From Bdellovibrionota bacterium FG-2 (GTDB lineage Bacteria; Bdellovibrionota; UBA1018): a DNA stretch of 17,327 nucleotides. The first letter of the stretch is position 1; each line of letters begins with the position of its first letter. The DNA lies in the NCBI GenBank assembly GCA_051382305.1, contig JBBCAV010000067.1, positions 1 to 17,327 on the forward strand. The letters run 5' to 3'. Under the pieces are notes generated by a model. It was not told the DNA's origin. It did not search any database and worked only from the letters and a program-made list of their open reading frames with translations. A program made the position numbers and the translations under genes. Below are positions 1 to 7,040 of the stretch, in pieces.

Positions 1-78
1 ACTTTTGTCGATCCCATGACACCGATCCAAAAGCAGGTGCTCAAGCTGCTGAATATTCCAGTCTCCCAATTTTCTTAA
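1..78 (+). CDS. Transposase C-terminal fragment (IS1634-like), 5' partial
   Basis: Open frame from base 1 to TAA at 76-78, with a TPIQKQVLKLL motif. Confidence 0.7.
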   Translation, partial: TFVDPMTPIQKQVLKLLNIPVSQFS

Positions 79-128
79 TCACTGCCGCACCGTGAGAAAA
101 CTTGCGCGTTCTAAGTGCGGAATGTAGG
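1..128 (+). mobile_element. Right end of an IS1634-family insertion sequence, truncated by the window edge
   Basis: Frame +1 reads TFVDPMTPIQKQVLKLLNIPVSQFS* (1-78), resembling the LTPxQxxxLxLL C-terminus of IS1634 transposases. It is followed by AAGTGCGGAATGTAGG (113-128), which resembles the TGCGGAATGTNGG terminal IR I recall for this family. Confidence 0.7.
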
Positions 129-138
129 TTTGAATGCC

Positions 139-176
139 CATGCCGGCATACTATTAAGTAAATAGTATTATTGAAA
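139..176 (-). promoter_or_regulatory. Putative sigma70 promoter with an overlapping palindromic operator and a leaderless ATG
   Basis: Minus strand: TTTCAA (176-171), 17 nt, TAGTAT (153-148), 6 nt, ATG (141-139). A perfect inverted repeat ATACTATT-N5-AATAGTAT lies at 148-168. Confidence 0.45.
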
Positions 177-184
177 GGAAGGGA

Positions 185-814
185 TTACGTCGTCTTGACC
201 ACGATATCCGCAATAATATTCGCGGCTTCATCGGCACGATCAGCGGCATTGGAGAGATGCCGATACACTTCGCGCTTCTTAAGCATGCGCACGATTTCTG
301 GCGCATTTTCAGTCTCGGTGAACAATTCTGCGATGGCTTTGCGGTAAGTCTTTTCGACGTTGTTTTCAAAGCGCTTCGCTTTACGGGCGTGCTCACTGGC
401 AACGGCTGGGTGTTTTTCAATACGTTGAAGGGCGAGCAGAATTTCACGGGAGGCTTCTAAAAGCATGGTCGCCATATCCGTGAGATGTTGAGTGGGGGAA
501 ACTTGCAAGACCACCATTTCATCGACCGTCGAGTGGGCATAATCCAAAAGATCATCCACGGCGCGCGAGAGTTTGAATATATCTTCGCGATCAATGGGGG
601 TGACAAAAGTACGAGTCAAATCATCGATCAGCATCCGCCGGACTTCGTCGCCATCTTTTTCGGCGCGATTGACGCGTTTTTCGTTTTCGGGTGTTGGACT
701 TTTCATATAGGCCACAAGCCCTTCAAGACCCACGACCCCGATTTGGGCTTGCTGAATCAGGTATTCTCTAAAATTATCTTTTCGTGGTTTTAAAAAGTCA
801 TTGAACCAACTCAT
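185..814 (-). CDS. DUF47 / PhoU-like phosphate transport regulator (Pit accessory protein)
   Basis: Motifs EKDGDEVRR, TFVTPIDREDI, LSRAVDDLLD and ADRADEAANII. The start at ATG 814 overlaps the pit stop (ATGA). The longer ORF-track start lies inside pit. Confidence 0.92.
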   Translation of the reverse strand: MSWFNDFLKPRKDNFREYLIQQAQIGVVGLEGLVAYMKSPTPENEKRVNRAEKDGDEVRRMLIDDLTRTFVTPIDREDIFKLSRAVDDLLDYAHSTVDEMVVLQVSPTQHLTDMATMLLEASREILLALQRIEKHPAVASEHARKAKRFENNVEKTYRKAIAELFTETENAPEIVRMLKKREVYRHLSNAADRADEAANIIADIVVKTT

Positions 815-1854
815 AGTGTTTGCCTCAGTGCTAAGTAGATTAACCCTGCAAGAATTGAGGTGCAGGGGATGGTGATAATCCAGGTAATAATGATTTGCCG
901 ACTTACGCCCCACCGAACTTTCGAGAGTCGGTCGGCACTACCTACTCCCATGATGGCTGTAGAAACGACTTGAGTGGTGCTGACGGGGCCTCCGAGTAAC
1001 GAAGCACAAATAATGACTAACCCTGAGCCAATTTGGGTAGAAAACCCATCAATCGGTCGAATCCTAAAGAATCCTGAGCCCAAGGTGCGAATGAGTCTCC
1101 AGCCGCCAACGGACGTCCCCAAGGCAATGGCGCTTGCACTTAAGGCAACGACCCACATGGGTACTTCGAATTTGTTAATTTGGCCACTCGCCAGAAGTCC
1201 CATGGTGATGATTCCCATGGTCTTTTGTGCGTCATTGGTGCCATGCGAGAGGGCAAGGCCGATAGCGGTTACGACCTGACTTCTTCGAAAAAATTTATTG
1301 ATCGAAGGGCTTGATCCGCGCGCTAGGAATCGCCAAAGCTTAAGCAGAAAAAAGCCCGCAATAAAGCCAATCGCCGGGGATATGAGCAAGGAGGTGAGGA
1401 TCTTGAGTAGGCCCGCAACCTGAACGACTTCGAAAATTCTATAAAAATCTTGTAGGGTCACAATCCCTTTTGCACAGTGAACAATGGCGCTATGGGAAAC
1501 TGCAGCTCCGAGGAGGCCTCCGATCAAGGCGTGCGAAGAGCTTGAGGGAATTCCGGAGTGCCAGGTCAGGACGTTCCAGCAAACTGCCGCAACGAGCGAA
1601 GACAAAATCAGAGGCAGTGCAGTTGTGGCATCCGAGGGAAGAATCAGGACTCCTGCGCCAATCGTCTTAGCTACGGCTACCCCAAATAAAAAGGGCCCGA
1701 TAAATTCGGCAATCGCCGTGATGGTGAGGGCTTGTCTAGGTGAAAGCGCGCGAGAGGAAATCATCGTCGAAACGATGTTGGCGCTGTCGTTAAAGCCGTT
1801 CATGAAATCAAAAACAACGGCGACGGTAATGAATAGGATTAGGGTAAAGGTCAT
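811..1854 (-). CDS. pit: Inorganic phosphate transporter, PiT family
   Basis: PiT signatures NGFNDSAN, GIPSSSSHALIGG, HGTNDAQKTMG and PVSTTQ, with multiple transmembrane segments; paired with DUF47. Confidence 0.95.
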   Translation of the reverse strand: MTFTLILFITVAVVFDFMNGFNDSANIVSTMISSRALSPRQALTITAIAEFIGPFLFGVAVAKTIGAGVLILPSDATTALPLILSSLVAAVCWNVLTWHSGIPSSSSHALIGGLLGAAVSHSAIVHCAKGIVTLQDFYRIFEVVQVAGLLKILTSLLISPAIGFIAGFFLLKLWRFLARGSSPSINKFFRRSQVVTAIGLALSHGTNDAQKTMGIITMGLLASGQINKFEVPMWVVALSASAIALGTSVGGWRLIRTLGSGFFRIRPIDGFSTQIGSGLVIICASLLGGPVSTTQVVSTAIMGVGSADRLSKVRWGVSRQIIITWIITIPCTSILAGLIYLALRQTL

Positions 1855-1866
1855 GAATTATTTAGC

Positions 1867-1923
1867 AAAAAAGAGAGACTCAGCCCCGAAGGACTTGAGC
1901 TGCGGCCCTCCGGGGCTGAGTCT
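1867..1923 (-). terminator. Intrinsic terminator after the histone gene
   Basis: Minus strand AGACTCAGCCCCGGAGGGC-loop10-GTCCTTCGGGGCTGAGTCT forms a 13-bp perfect stem that extends to 19 bp with two G-U pairs, followed by CTCTTTTTT. Confidence 0.8.
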
Positions 1924-1929
1924 AATAGT

Positions 1930-2169
1930 TTAGCAAGAAGCCGGTGGCTCTTCGCTTCCTCCTGCGACCTCAAAATCACGGTCCATTACGGTTTTTCTGC
2001 CGTCTTTTTTTGCGTTTTCGACAGCTTGATCACATAAGGATCGCACGCGCGCCGAAAGAATTTCCATCACGGCGGCCGACGTATTCATTTGTGAAGATTC
2101 ACGGATGTAATTCTTCACTTTTGATGCGACGACTAGGGTTTCAGTTTTTGTGTTTTCTGCTTCAGTCAT
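1930..2169 (-). CDS. Bacterial histone-fold protein (Bd0055/HBb-like), 79 aa
   Basis: The core LVVASKVKNYIRESSQMNTSAAVMEILSARVRSLCDQAVENAKKDGRKTVMDRDF has the helix1 - MNTS loop - long helix2 - GRKTVxxxD (RxTxxxxD) pattern of prokaryotic histones. GGAG lies upstream of ATG 2169, so the ORF-track start at 2214 is probably too long. Confidence 0.92.
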   Translation of the reverse strand: MTEAENTKTETLVVASKVKNYIRESSQMNTSAAVMEILSARVRSLCDQAVENAKKDGRKTVMDRDFEVAGGSEEPPASC

Positions 2170-2170
2170 A

Positions 2171-2674
2171 TTATTCCACTCCCAAAAGTTCGACGTCAAA
2201 TACCAAGGTTGCATTGGGCGGAATCACGCCGCCGGCACCTTGTTCTCCATAACCAAGCTCTGAGGGAATCGTGAGTTTGCGCTTGCCGCCGACCTTCATT
2301 CCCACAACACCTTTATCCCAACCTTGAATGACCTGTCCGGCGCCGAGCGAAAACTTAAACGGCTCCTTATGATCCAAAGATGAATCAAATTTTTTGCCAT
2401 CCGTAAGCCAGCCCGTATAATGAACGGAGACCGTTTTCCCGGCCACGGCTTCAGCGCCAGTGCCGACTTTGAGATCTTCACTTTTTAATTCGGGTTTGGC
2501 ATCTGATTTTCCGGGCTGAGCTTGGGTCACAGGTGCTCCTTTTGCGGCTTCTGTTGTTGTTGCAGGTGCGGCGGTCGTTGCCGTTGTAGATTCTGGTGCC
2601 TTGTCTTTGTTAAAGCAGGAAACAAACAACAGCATTGAGGTAACGAGAACAAGAATAGATCGAAATGATTTCAC
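2171..2674 (-). CDS. FKBP-type peptidyl-prolyl cis-trans isomerase, predicted lipoprotein
   Basis: Motifs [27 protein letters not shown] and [15 protein letters not shown]-terminal signal ends in FVSC (lipobox-like), followed by a Thr/Ala-rich linker. GAGGAG precedes the GTG start. Confidence 0.95.
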   Translation of the reverse strand: MKSFRSILVLVTSMLLFVSCFNKDKAPESTTATTAAPATTTEAAKGAPVTQAQPGKSDAKPELKSEDLKVGTGAEAVAGKTVSVHYTGWLTDGKKFDSSLDHKEPFKFSLGAGQVIQGWDKGVVGMKVGGKRKLTIPSELGYGEQGAGGVIPPNATLVFDVELLGVE

Positions 2675-2717
2675 AGGTAGTCTCCTCTTTCATGACTTTA
2701 GGTTGTCGTTCTAGGTT

Positions 2718-3413
2718 TTACCCGTAAGATGGCACGGCTTTTAGATTTCCGGAAGAAAATTCCTCAATCCACTGTGGAGTAATGCCCTGCAAATCTTTGA
2801 TCTTGGCGTGGGCTTGCGTCGTGTCTTGCTTGAGGTGGTTGGTTGCAGAAATCGCCACGACATAAAGCCCCGCTGCGTTAGCCGAAGTGATTCCAGCAAG
2901 GGAGTCTTCAAAAGCGAGGCCATGTCCCGGCTTGATGCCGAGTTCCTTCATGGCTGTAAGATAGGGGTCCGGCGCAGGTTTGCTCTTGGGATAATCTTCG
3001 GCACCTACCACGGTTTTGAAACAATGCCTGATTTTCAAGCGATCCAGCGCCCACAGAATATCGGACCGGGTGGAGCCACTGACGACGGCTAGGGGGAATT
3101 TTTCCGCGAGGCATCTTACCGCCTCGGCACTCCCCGTTACTTCGGGGAGTTCGCGTTTGAGTTCCTGGCGGTAGGTGCGCAGCACGTTGCTTTTGATCCT
3201 CTCGTGAGGAACGGCGACGGAATAAATGGAAAAGAGATATTCAAAGGCCGACTCCCATGTGCGACCTGTGATGAAGTCTGCGTCACCGGGTTTGAGTTTG
3301 ACGCCTACTTTTTCAAAGCATTTTTCTATGGCTCGGCCTGCTGCGGGCTCTGTGTCAATGAGGGTGCCATCGAGGTCAAAAAAGATTGCCTTGATCACTT
3401 CGCTTTTGGTCAC
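2718..3413 (-). CDS. HAD-superfamily phosphatase (subfamily IA, beta-PGM/CbbY-like)
   Basis: Motif I FFDLDGTLIDTE, motif II VVSGS, KPAPDPY and FEDSLAGI. Confidence 0.92.
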   Translation of the reverse strand: MTKSEVIKAIFFDLDGTLIDTEPAAGRAIEKCFEKVGVKLKPGDADFITGRTWESAFEYLFSIYSVAVPHERIKSNVLRTYRQELKRELPEVTGSAEAVRCLAEKFPLAVVSGSTRSDILWALDRLKIRHCFKTVVGAEDYPKSKPAPDPYLTAMKELGIKPGHGLAFEDSLAGITSANAAGLYVVAISATNHLKQDTTQAHAKIKDLQGITPQWIEEFSSGNLKAVPSYG

Positions 3414-3415
3414 GT

Positions 3416-4186
3416 TCAGCCTTTTCTGCGTTCATTTTTGACTTCAGGAGAGATCGTCTTGAGTCGCTCTAGAATGTCTTTGAGGAGATCTAAGAAAATG
3501 GTCTTGTTCATTTCATCGATTTTTGTAAATTTGATTCCAATGTAGCGAATTGTATTTCCATTTCGAGAGTTGATGTCATCAACCACGCGACAAATCATCC
3601 CCTCCATTTCGACGGCGACGGGAAACCAGCCGCGAGGCTCCATTCGAAGCAAGAGGCGGTGGCCAGGAAGAAGTGTTTGTGCGGGGAGGCTTTCGGTGGA
3701 TAAAAGGATTCCATTTGGGCTCAAGTTTCCTACATCAAAAATGTGGTCAACCGCTCTGACTTTGGGATTGGCCTGGGTCGCCGTGACCAGGGTTGTTCCT
3801 TGTACACGAAGAGGGAAGGTTTGAATGACGGAAAGCGACGGGATTCTCGGGTATTTGCGAATATACTCGGTCGGAAAAAATCCGTATTTTGCGATCAGTG
3901 CGTTCACTTTTTTGGCTTGCTCTGGAATGAGGCTAAACTTCAATCCCATGTGCTCGGAGACTTGAGTGGCTTCGCGAATGATCTGGGCTTCGGTTGTAAA
4001 GGTCATCGGCTCAGGGGTCTCAAGTTTCACAGTCACTTTGAGCTTTTTTGCAAAATGGCGCGCAGGATCGAGAGATCCCCAGGGCAGGCCGCCTACGCCG
4101 TAGGCGGAGAGGTTTTGCTTGTCATAAGTGTAGAAGTGGCCTTCAAAGGTGAATTCGAGTGTGCCTTTAACGTAGATGGGTAGCAT
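3416..4186 (-). CDS. PilZ-domain protein (probable c-di-GMP receptor, tandem PilZ-like)
   Basis: RKYPR (RxxxR), NLSPNG (D/NxSxxG) and YIGIKF in the C-terminal half. A degenerate NLSAYG...MGLKF occurs in the N-terminal half. Confidence 0.8.
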   Translation of the reverse strand: MLPIYVKGTLEFTFEGHFYTYDKQNLSAYGVGGLPWGSLDPARHFAKKLKVTVKLETPEPMTFTTEAQIIREATQVSEHMGLKFSLIPEQAKKVNALIAKYGFFPTEYIRKYPRIPSLSVIQTFPLRVQGTTLVTATQANPKVRAVDHIFDVGNLSPNGILLSTESLPAQTLLPGHRLLLRMEPRGWFPVAVEMEGMICRVVDDINSRNGNTIRYIGIKFTKIDEMNKTIFLDLLKDILERLKTISPEVKNERRKG

Positions 4187-4196
4187 CCTGTTTTCA

Positions 4197-4226
4197 ATCG
4201 TAACACTCAGTGGCTAGGGGATTCAA
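4197..4226 (-). promoter_or_regulatory. Putative internal sigma70 promoter for the PilZ-HAD-FKBP-histone run
   Basis: TTGAAT (4226-4221), 18 nt, then an extended -10 TGnTACGAT (hexamer 4202-4197), 10 nt before ATG 4186. Confidence 0.4.
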
Positions 4227-5233
4227 GGGCCAATAAGTATCTTGGAGAACTCTCGTGAAAGTTCCTGAGGAACGATGAAAACCGCGCCCTCTCGGGAACT
4301 CAGAGATGCCGTAAGAACCTTGGATTCAAGGTGGGGCCTAATTCGGAGTTCTGTCGCCGCGTTTTTGCGGTCCTTGAACACAATTCTCAAGAGGGGTTTC
4401 TTTTGAAGTGCTTCGAATGCAGTTTTTTCCCAAGCCGGGTCATCAGGGAAGCGCTGAATTTGAAAATGAGTGATTTTTTCGAGATAGGCTTGAACGTCCG
4501 TGTTAGGATCCAACTTCCGCACTTTTGGGTTCATTTCTTTCCATAGATCGCCGTGTCGTTCGATGTGGAGCGTTTTTTTTGCTCCGTTCCAAAATTCGAT
4601 TTCATCCACGTCATCCCCTTCAAAGGTGAGAAGGGTTCGTCTTCGGAGTGCCTCAAACCCGCGCAAATGCCCAAGCATAGAGACCCCGGCTCCTCGGACG
4701 CGGAAAACTCGTTTAGGTTCTTGGGGATCGTAGGCAAACACGTTTTCCTCACCCGACCCAAAGTGGATCTCAAACTCGGTTTGAGATCCCGGCTTATCTC
4801 GGTTTTCAGCGCTGAATCGTATGGCAAATCGGGGTGGGTTTAGTCCATAGGATTCCAGGGGGCCTTGGGGCGCAATATCCTCGATTTGAAGCGTACTGAG
4901 GGTGTCCAAGAGGTGTTCAATAAAATTGGAATAAGCCAGGCGGTCAGTGAGTTCTTGCGAAACGATTTTCCATGCGGAGAGTTCAGAGCCTGTTGGGCTT
5001 CGTTCGATTTGCGTACTAAAGCGATCGCCGGAATTGGGATCATTTTTCGCGATGCTCACTCGCGTTACAGTTTTGTAGTCAAACTTGAAAAAAAATCCGC
5101 CGGGTTTTCTGGCCAGACTTTGGCTCACGGCTTCTGAGGAACTTGGAGTTTTTTCAGGGCAGCCGGACAGGAGGGCCGCAAGGAGAATATGGCAAATGGC
5201 GATGGTGCAAGTCTGTTTCGATATCCTTGACAT
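4223..5233 (-). CDS. DUF4340-like lipoprotein
   Basis: Lipobox LLSGC, LESYGLNPP motif and two repeated beta-rich units of the DUF4340 type. AGGAG lies upstream of ATG 5233 (start choice inferred). Confidence 0.6.
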   Translation of the reverse strand: MSRISKQTCTIAICHILLAALLSGCPEKTPSSSEAVSQSLARKPGGFFFKFDYKTVTRVSIAKNDPNSGDRFSTQIERSPTGSELSAWKIVSQELTDRLAYSNFIEHLLDTLSTLQIEDIAPQGPLESYGLNPPRFAIRFSAENRDKPGSQTEFEIHFGSGEENVFAYDPQEPKRVFRVRGAGVSMLGHLRGFEALRRRTLLTFEGDDVDEIEFWNGAKKTLHIERHGDLWKEMNPKVRKLDPNTDVQAYLEKITHFQIQRFPDDPAWEKTAFEALQKKPLLRIVFKDRKNAATELRIRPHLESKVLTASLSSREGAVFIVPQELSREFSKILIGP

Positions 5234-5268
5234 ACTGTGGACGTACTCCTGGGTTGACATACTATGGA
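5227..5268 (+). repeat. 15-bp direct repeat with 27-bp period
   Basis: TTGACATACTGTGGA (5227-5241) and TTGACATACTATGGA (5254-5268), one mismatch. Confidence 0.8.
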
Positions 5269-5287
5269 GCCGTGGGTAGCGTTGCAA
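5254..5287. promoter_or_regulatory. Interlocked divergent sigma70 promoters
   Basis: Plus: TTGACA (5254-5259), 17 nt, TAGCGT (5277-5282). Minus: TTGCAA (5287-5282), 17 nt, TAGTAT (5264-5259). Confidence 0.6.
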
Positions 5288-5292
5288 GCACT

Positions 5293-5943
5293 ATGTCGAG
5301 TCTCGCATCGCAAAGCATCTGGGATATGATTCGAAGTGGTGGTTTTGCCATGTATCCGCTTCTTGTCTGCTCGCTTCTTTCTTGGGGCGTAATCTTTGAG
5401 CGATTGTGGAGCTACCGTCGTTTGGGTCATACCCTACACTCTTTTCATCTAAGTGCTATGAATCTGCTTTTGAGAAATGATCGAGATGCCTTGGAGCGTT
5501 TGTGCAGGGAGAGTGGGAATCTCCCGACGGCTTCGCTTGTGAGTATTGCGCTGGAGCGCCTGAATTCAAAAGACGATAGGCTTAGGCAGCGTTGGCAAGA
5601 AGCCATGGAGCGGAGACGGCAGCTTGTAAACCAAGACTTGAGGGCCAACCTCTGGATTTTGGGAACCATTGGGAGTGCCTCCCCGTTTATCGGCCTTTTT
5701 GGAACCGTGATTGGGATTTTACGCTCTTTCCAAGAAATGGCTAAAACTGGATCTGGCGGGTTTGCCGTCGTGGCCTCCGGGATTTCTGAGTCGCTCATTG
5801 CTACGGCAGCTGGAATTATTGTCGCGGTCATTGCCGTTATGTCCTATAACGCCTTTCAGACGCGTTTGAGTCGCTTTGTACTTGTCATTAGGCTGCAGGC
5901 AGAAGAGCTTGTGGAGCTGCTCGAGGCTAATAATGGCTCTTAA
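5293..5943 (+). CDS. MotA/TolQ/ExbB proton channel family protein
   Basis: Motifs GGFAMYPL, LGTIGSASPFIGLFGTVIGI and GISESLIATAAGI. Start moved to ATG 5293 because the ORF-track start overlaps the divergent gene. Confidence 0.95.
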   Translation: MSSLASQSIWDMIRSGGFAMYPLLVCSLLSWGVIFERLWSYRRLGHTLHSFHLSAMNLLLRNDRDALERLCRESGNLPTASLVSIALERLNSKDDRLRQRWQEAMERRRQLVNQDLRANLWILGTIGSASPFIGLFGTVIGILRSFQEMAKTGSGGFAVVASGISESLIATAAGIIVAVIAVMSYNAFQTRLSRFVLVIRLQAEELVELLEANNGS

Positions 5944-6379
5944 AGGGGCGCCTGATGCGGATAGCGCGGGGGCTGAAGGCGCCATATTCGCAGAGATCAA
6001 CATCACGCCACTGACGGATATTTTTTTGGTGCTTCTCATTATCTTTATGGTGACGAGTTCGGTGATGTCGCAGCTCGGGGTGGATGTGAATTTGCCTTCG
6101 GCGAGTAGCGCGACGTCGCAGGCTCAGCCGGAGGGTTTAGTGGTCACGTTGTTGCCGGCCGGTGCACTTCGAGTTAACGATACGTCCGTTTCTTCAGGAG
6201 ATTATGTTGCATTTGAGAGTGTTTTGCGCGAGACGTTTAAGAAAATGAAAACTCGTCTCGTGATCCTAGAGGGAGATAAGCAAGCGCTCTTAGGGTCAGC
6301 CATCGAGGTCATGGATCATGCCCGAAAGGCCGGGGCAGACAAATTTGCAATTGCGACGGCGCCGGATCAAGGGCGTTAA
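5933..6379 (+). CDS. ExbD/TolR family biopolymer transport protein
   Basis: Motifs EINITPLTDIFLVLLIIFMV, VNLPSA, GDK and VMD..RKAG. GAGG precedes ATG 5933, which overlaps the end of the ExbB gene. Confidence 0.95.
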   Translation: MALKGAPDADSAGAEGAIFAEINITPLTDIFLVLLIIFMVTSSVMSQLGVDVNLPSASSATSQAQPEGLVVTLLPAGALRVNDTSVSSGDYVAFESVLRETFKKMKTRLVILEGDKQALLGSAIEVMDHARKAGADKFAIATAPDQGR

Positions 6380-6398
6380 GTCCGTAGTTAAGTCCGTA
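6375..6398 (+). repeat. Exact 12-bp tandem duplication
   Basis: GTTAAGTCCGTA twice (6375-6386, 6387-6398), spanning the ExbD stop codon. Confidence 0.9.
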
Positions 6399-6418
6399 TA
6401 AGGAAAATAGGATTGTTC

Positions 6419-7039
6419 ATGGACGTACAAGGAAATCTCGATCAAAAACAAAGTTGGGGCACGTTTTTTAGGGGTGCGATTCGCGGGAAGACCAGGATTC
6501 TGTTGGCTTGGATCTTTGGGATTGCACTGGTTTTATCGGCCCGGCATTTTCCTTCTTGGCCTGGGGTGGTGGTTTGTTTCTTGGGCGCCACGCTTCGTTT
6601 TTGGGCGAGTGGATATTTAAGGAAAGATTCGCGTCCTGCGGTGGGCGGGCCTTATGCGTTTGTGAGAAACCCTCTCTATGTGGGGACCTTTCTTATGGCC
6701 ATCGGCACGGCGCTTGCGGTCGAAAATTATGTTCTTTTCGGGGTGAGTTCAGCCCTTTTTGCCGTGATCTATCACTTTATTGTTTTGGATGAAGAGGAGA
6801 AGTTACAGCGGATTTTTGGTGAGCCTTATTCGCATTACTGCGCTTTGGTGCCACGGTTTATTCCAAGGTTGATCCCTCTTAAGGCTGAACAGCTTGATCT
6901 TGTGAATCCCGATCGAACGCATCGGCGTTATTCGTTTGCAATTACGATGAAAAATCGTGCGTACGAAGCCTATGCGGCTTTTGCGGCGCTGATCGGCTTT
7001 GTGTGGCTGGTTGCGGCCGTCTGGCAGCGGCTGCTCTAG
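6419..7039 (+). CDS. Isoprenylcysteine carboxyl methyltransferase / phospholipid methyltransferase family membrane protein
   Basis: Motifs GPYAFVRNPLYVG, EEEKL..FGEPY..Y...VPRFIP, with several TM helices. AGGA precedes ATG 6419. Confidence 0.88.
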   Translation: MDVQGNLDQKQSWGTFFRGAIRGKTRILLAWIFGIALVLSARHFPSWPGVVVCFLGATLRFWASGYLRKDSRPAVGGPYAFVRNPLYVGTFLMAIGTALAVENYVLFGVSSALFAVIYHFIVLDEEEKLQRIFGEPYSHYCALVPRFIPRLIPLKAEQLDLVNPDRTHRRYSFAITMKNRAYEAYAAFAALIGFVWLVAAVWQRLL

Positions 7040-7040
7040 G

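Noticed and set aside
1930-1945. Histone C-terminal Cys as a prenylation/methylation target of the ICMT-family gene
   Set aside because: PASC is not a CaaX motif, the methyltransferase is in a different transcription unit, and bacterial members of that family mostly have other or unknown substrates.
257-2252. Plus-strand ORFs antisense to DUF47, pit and the histone (e.g. 1484-1933, 1944-2252), and similar shadow ORFs elsewhere such as 14004-14366
   Set aside because: They overlap well-supported genes on the other strand and have no recognisable motifs.
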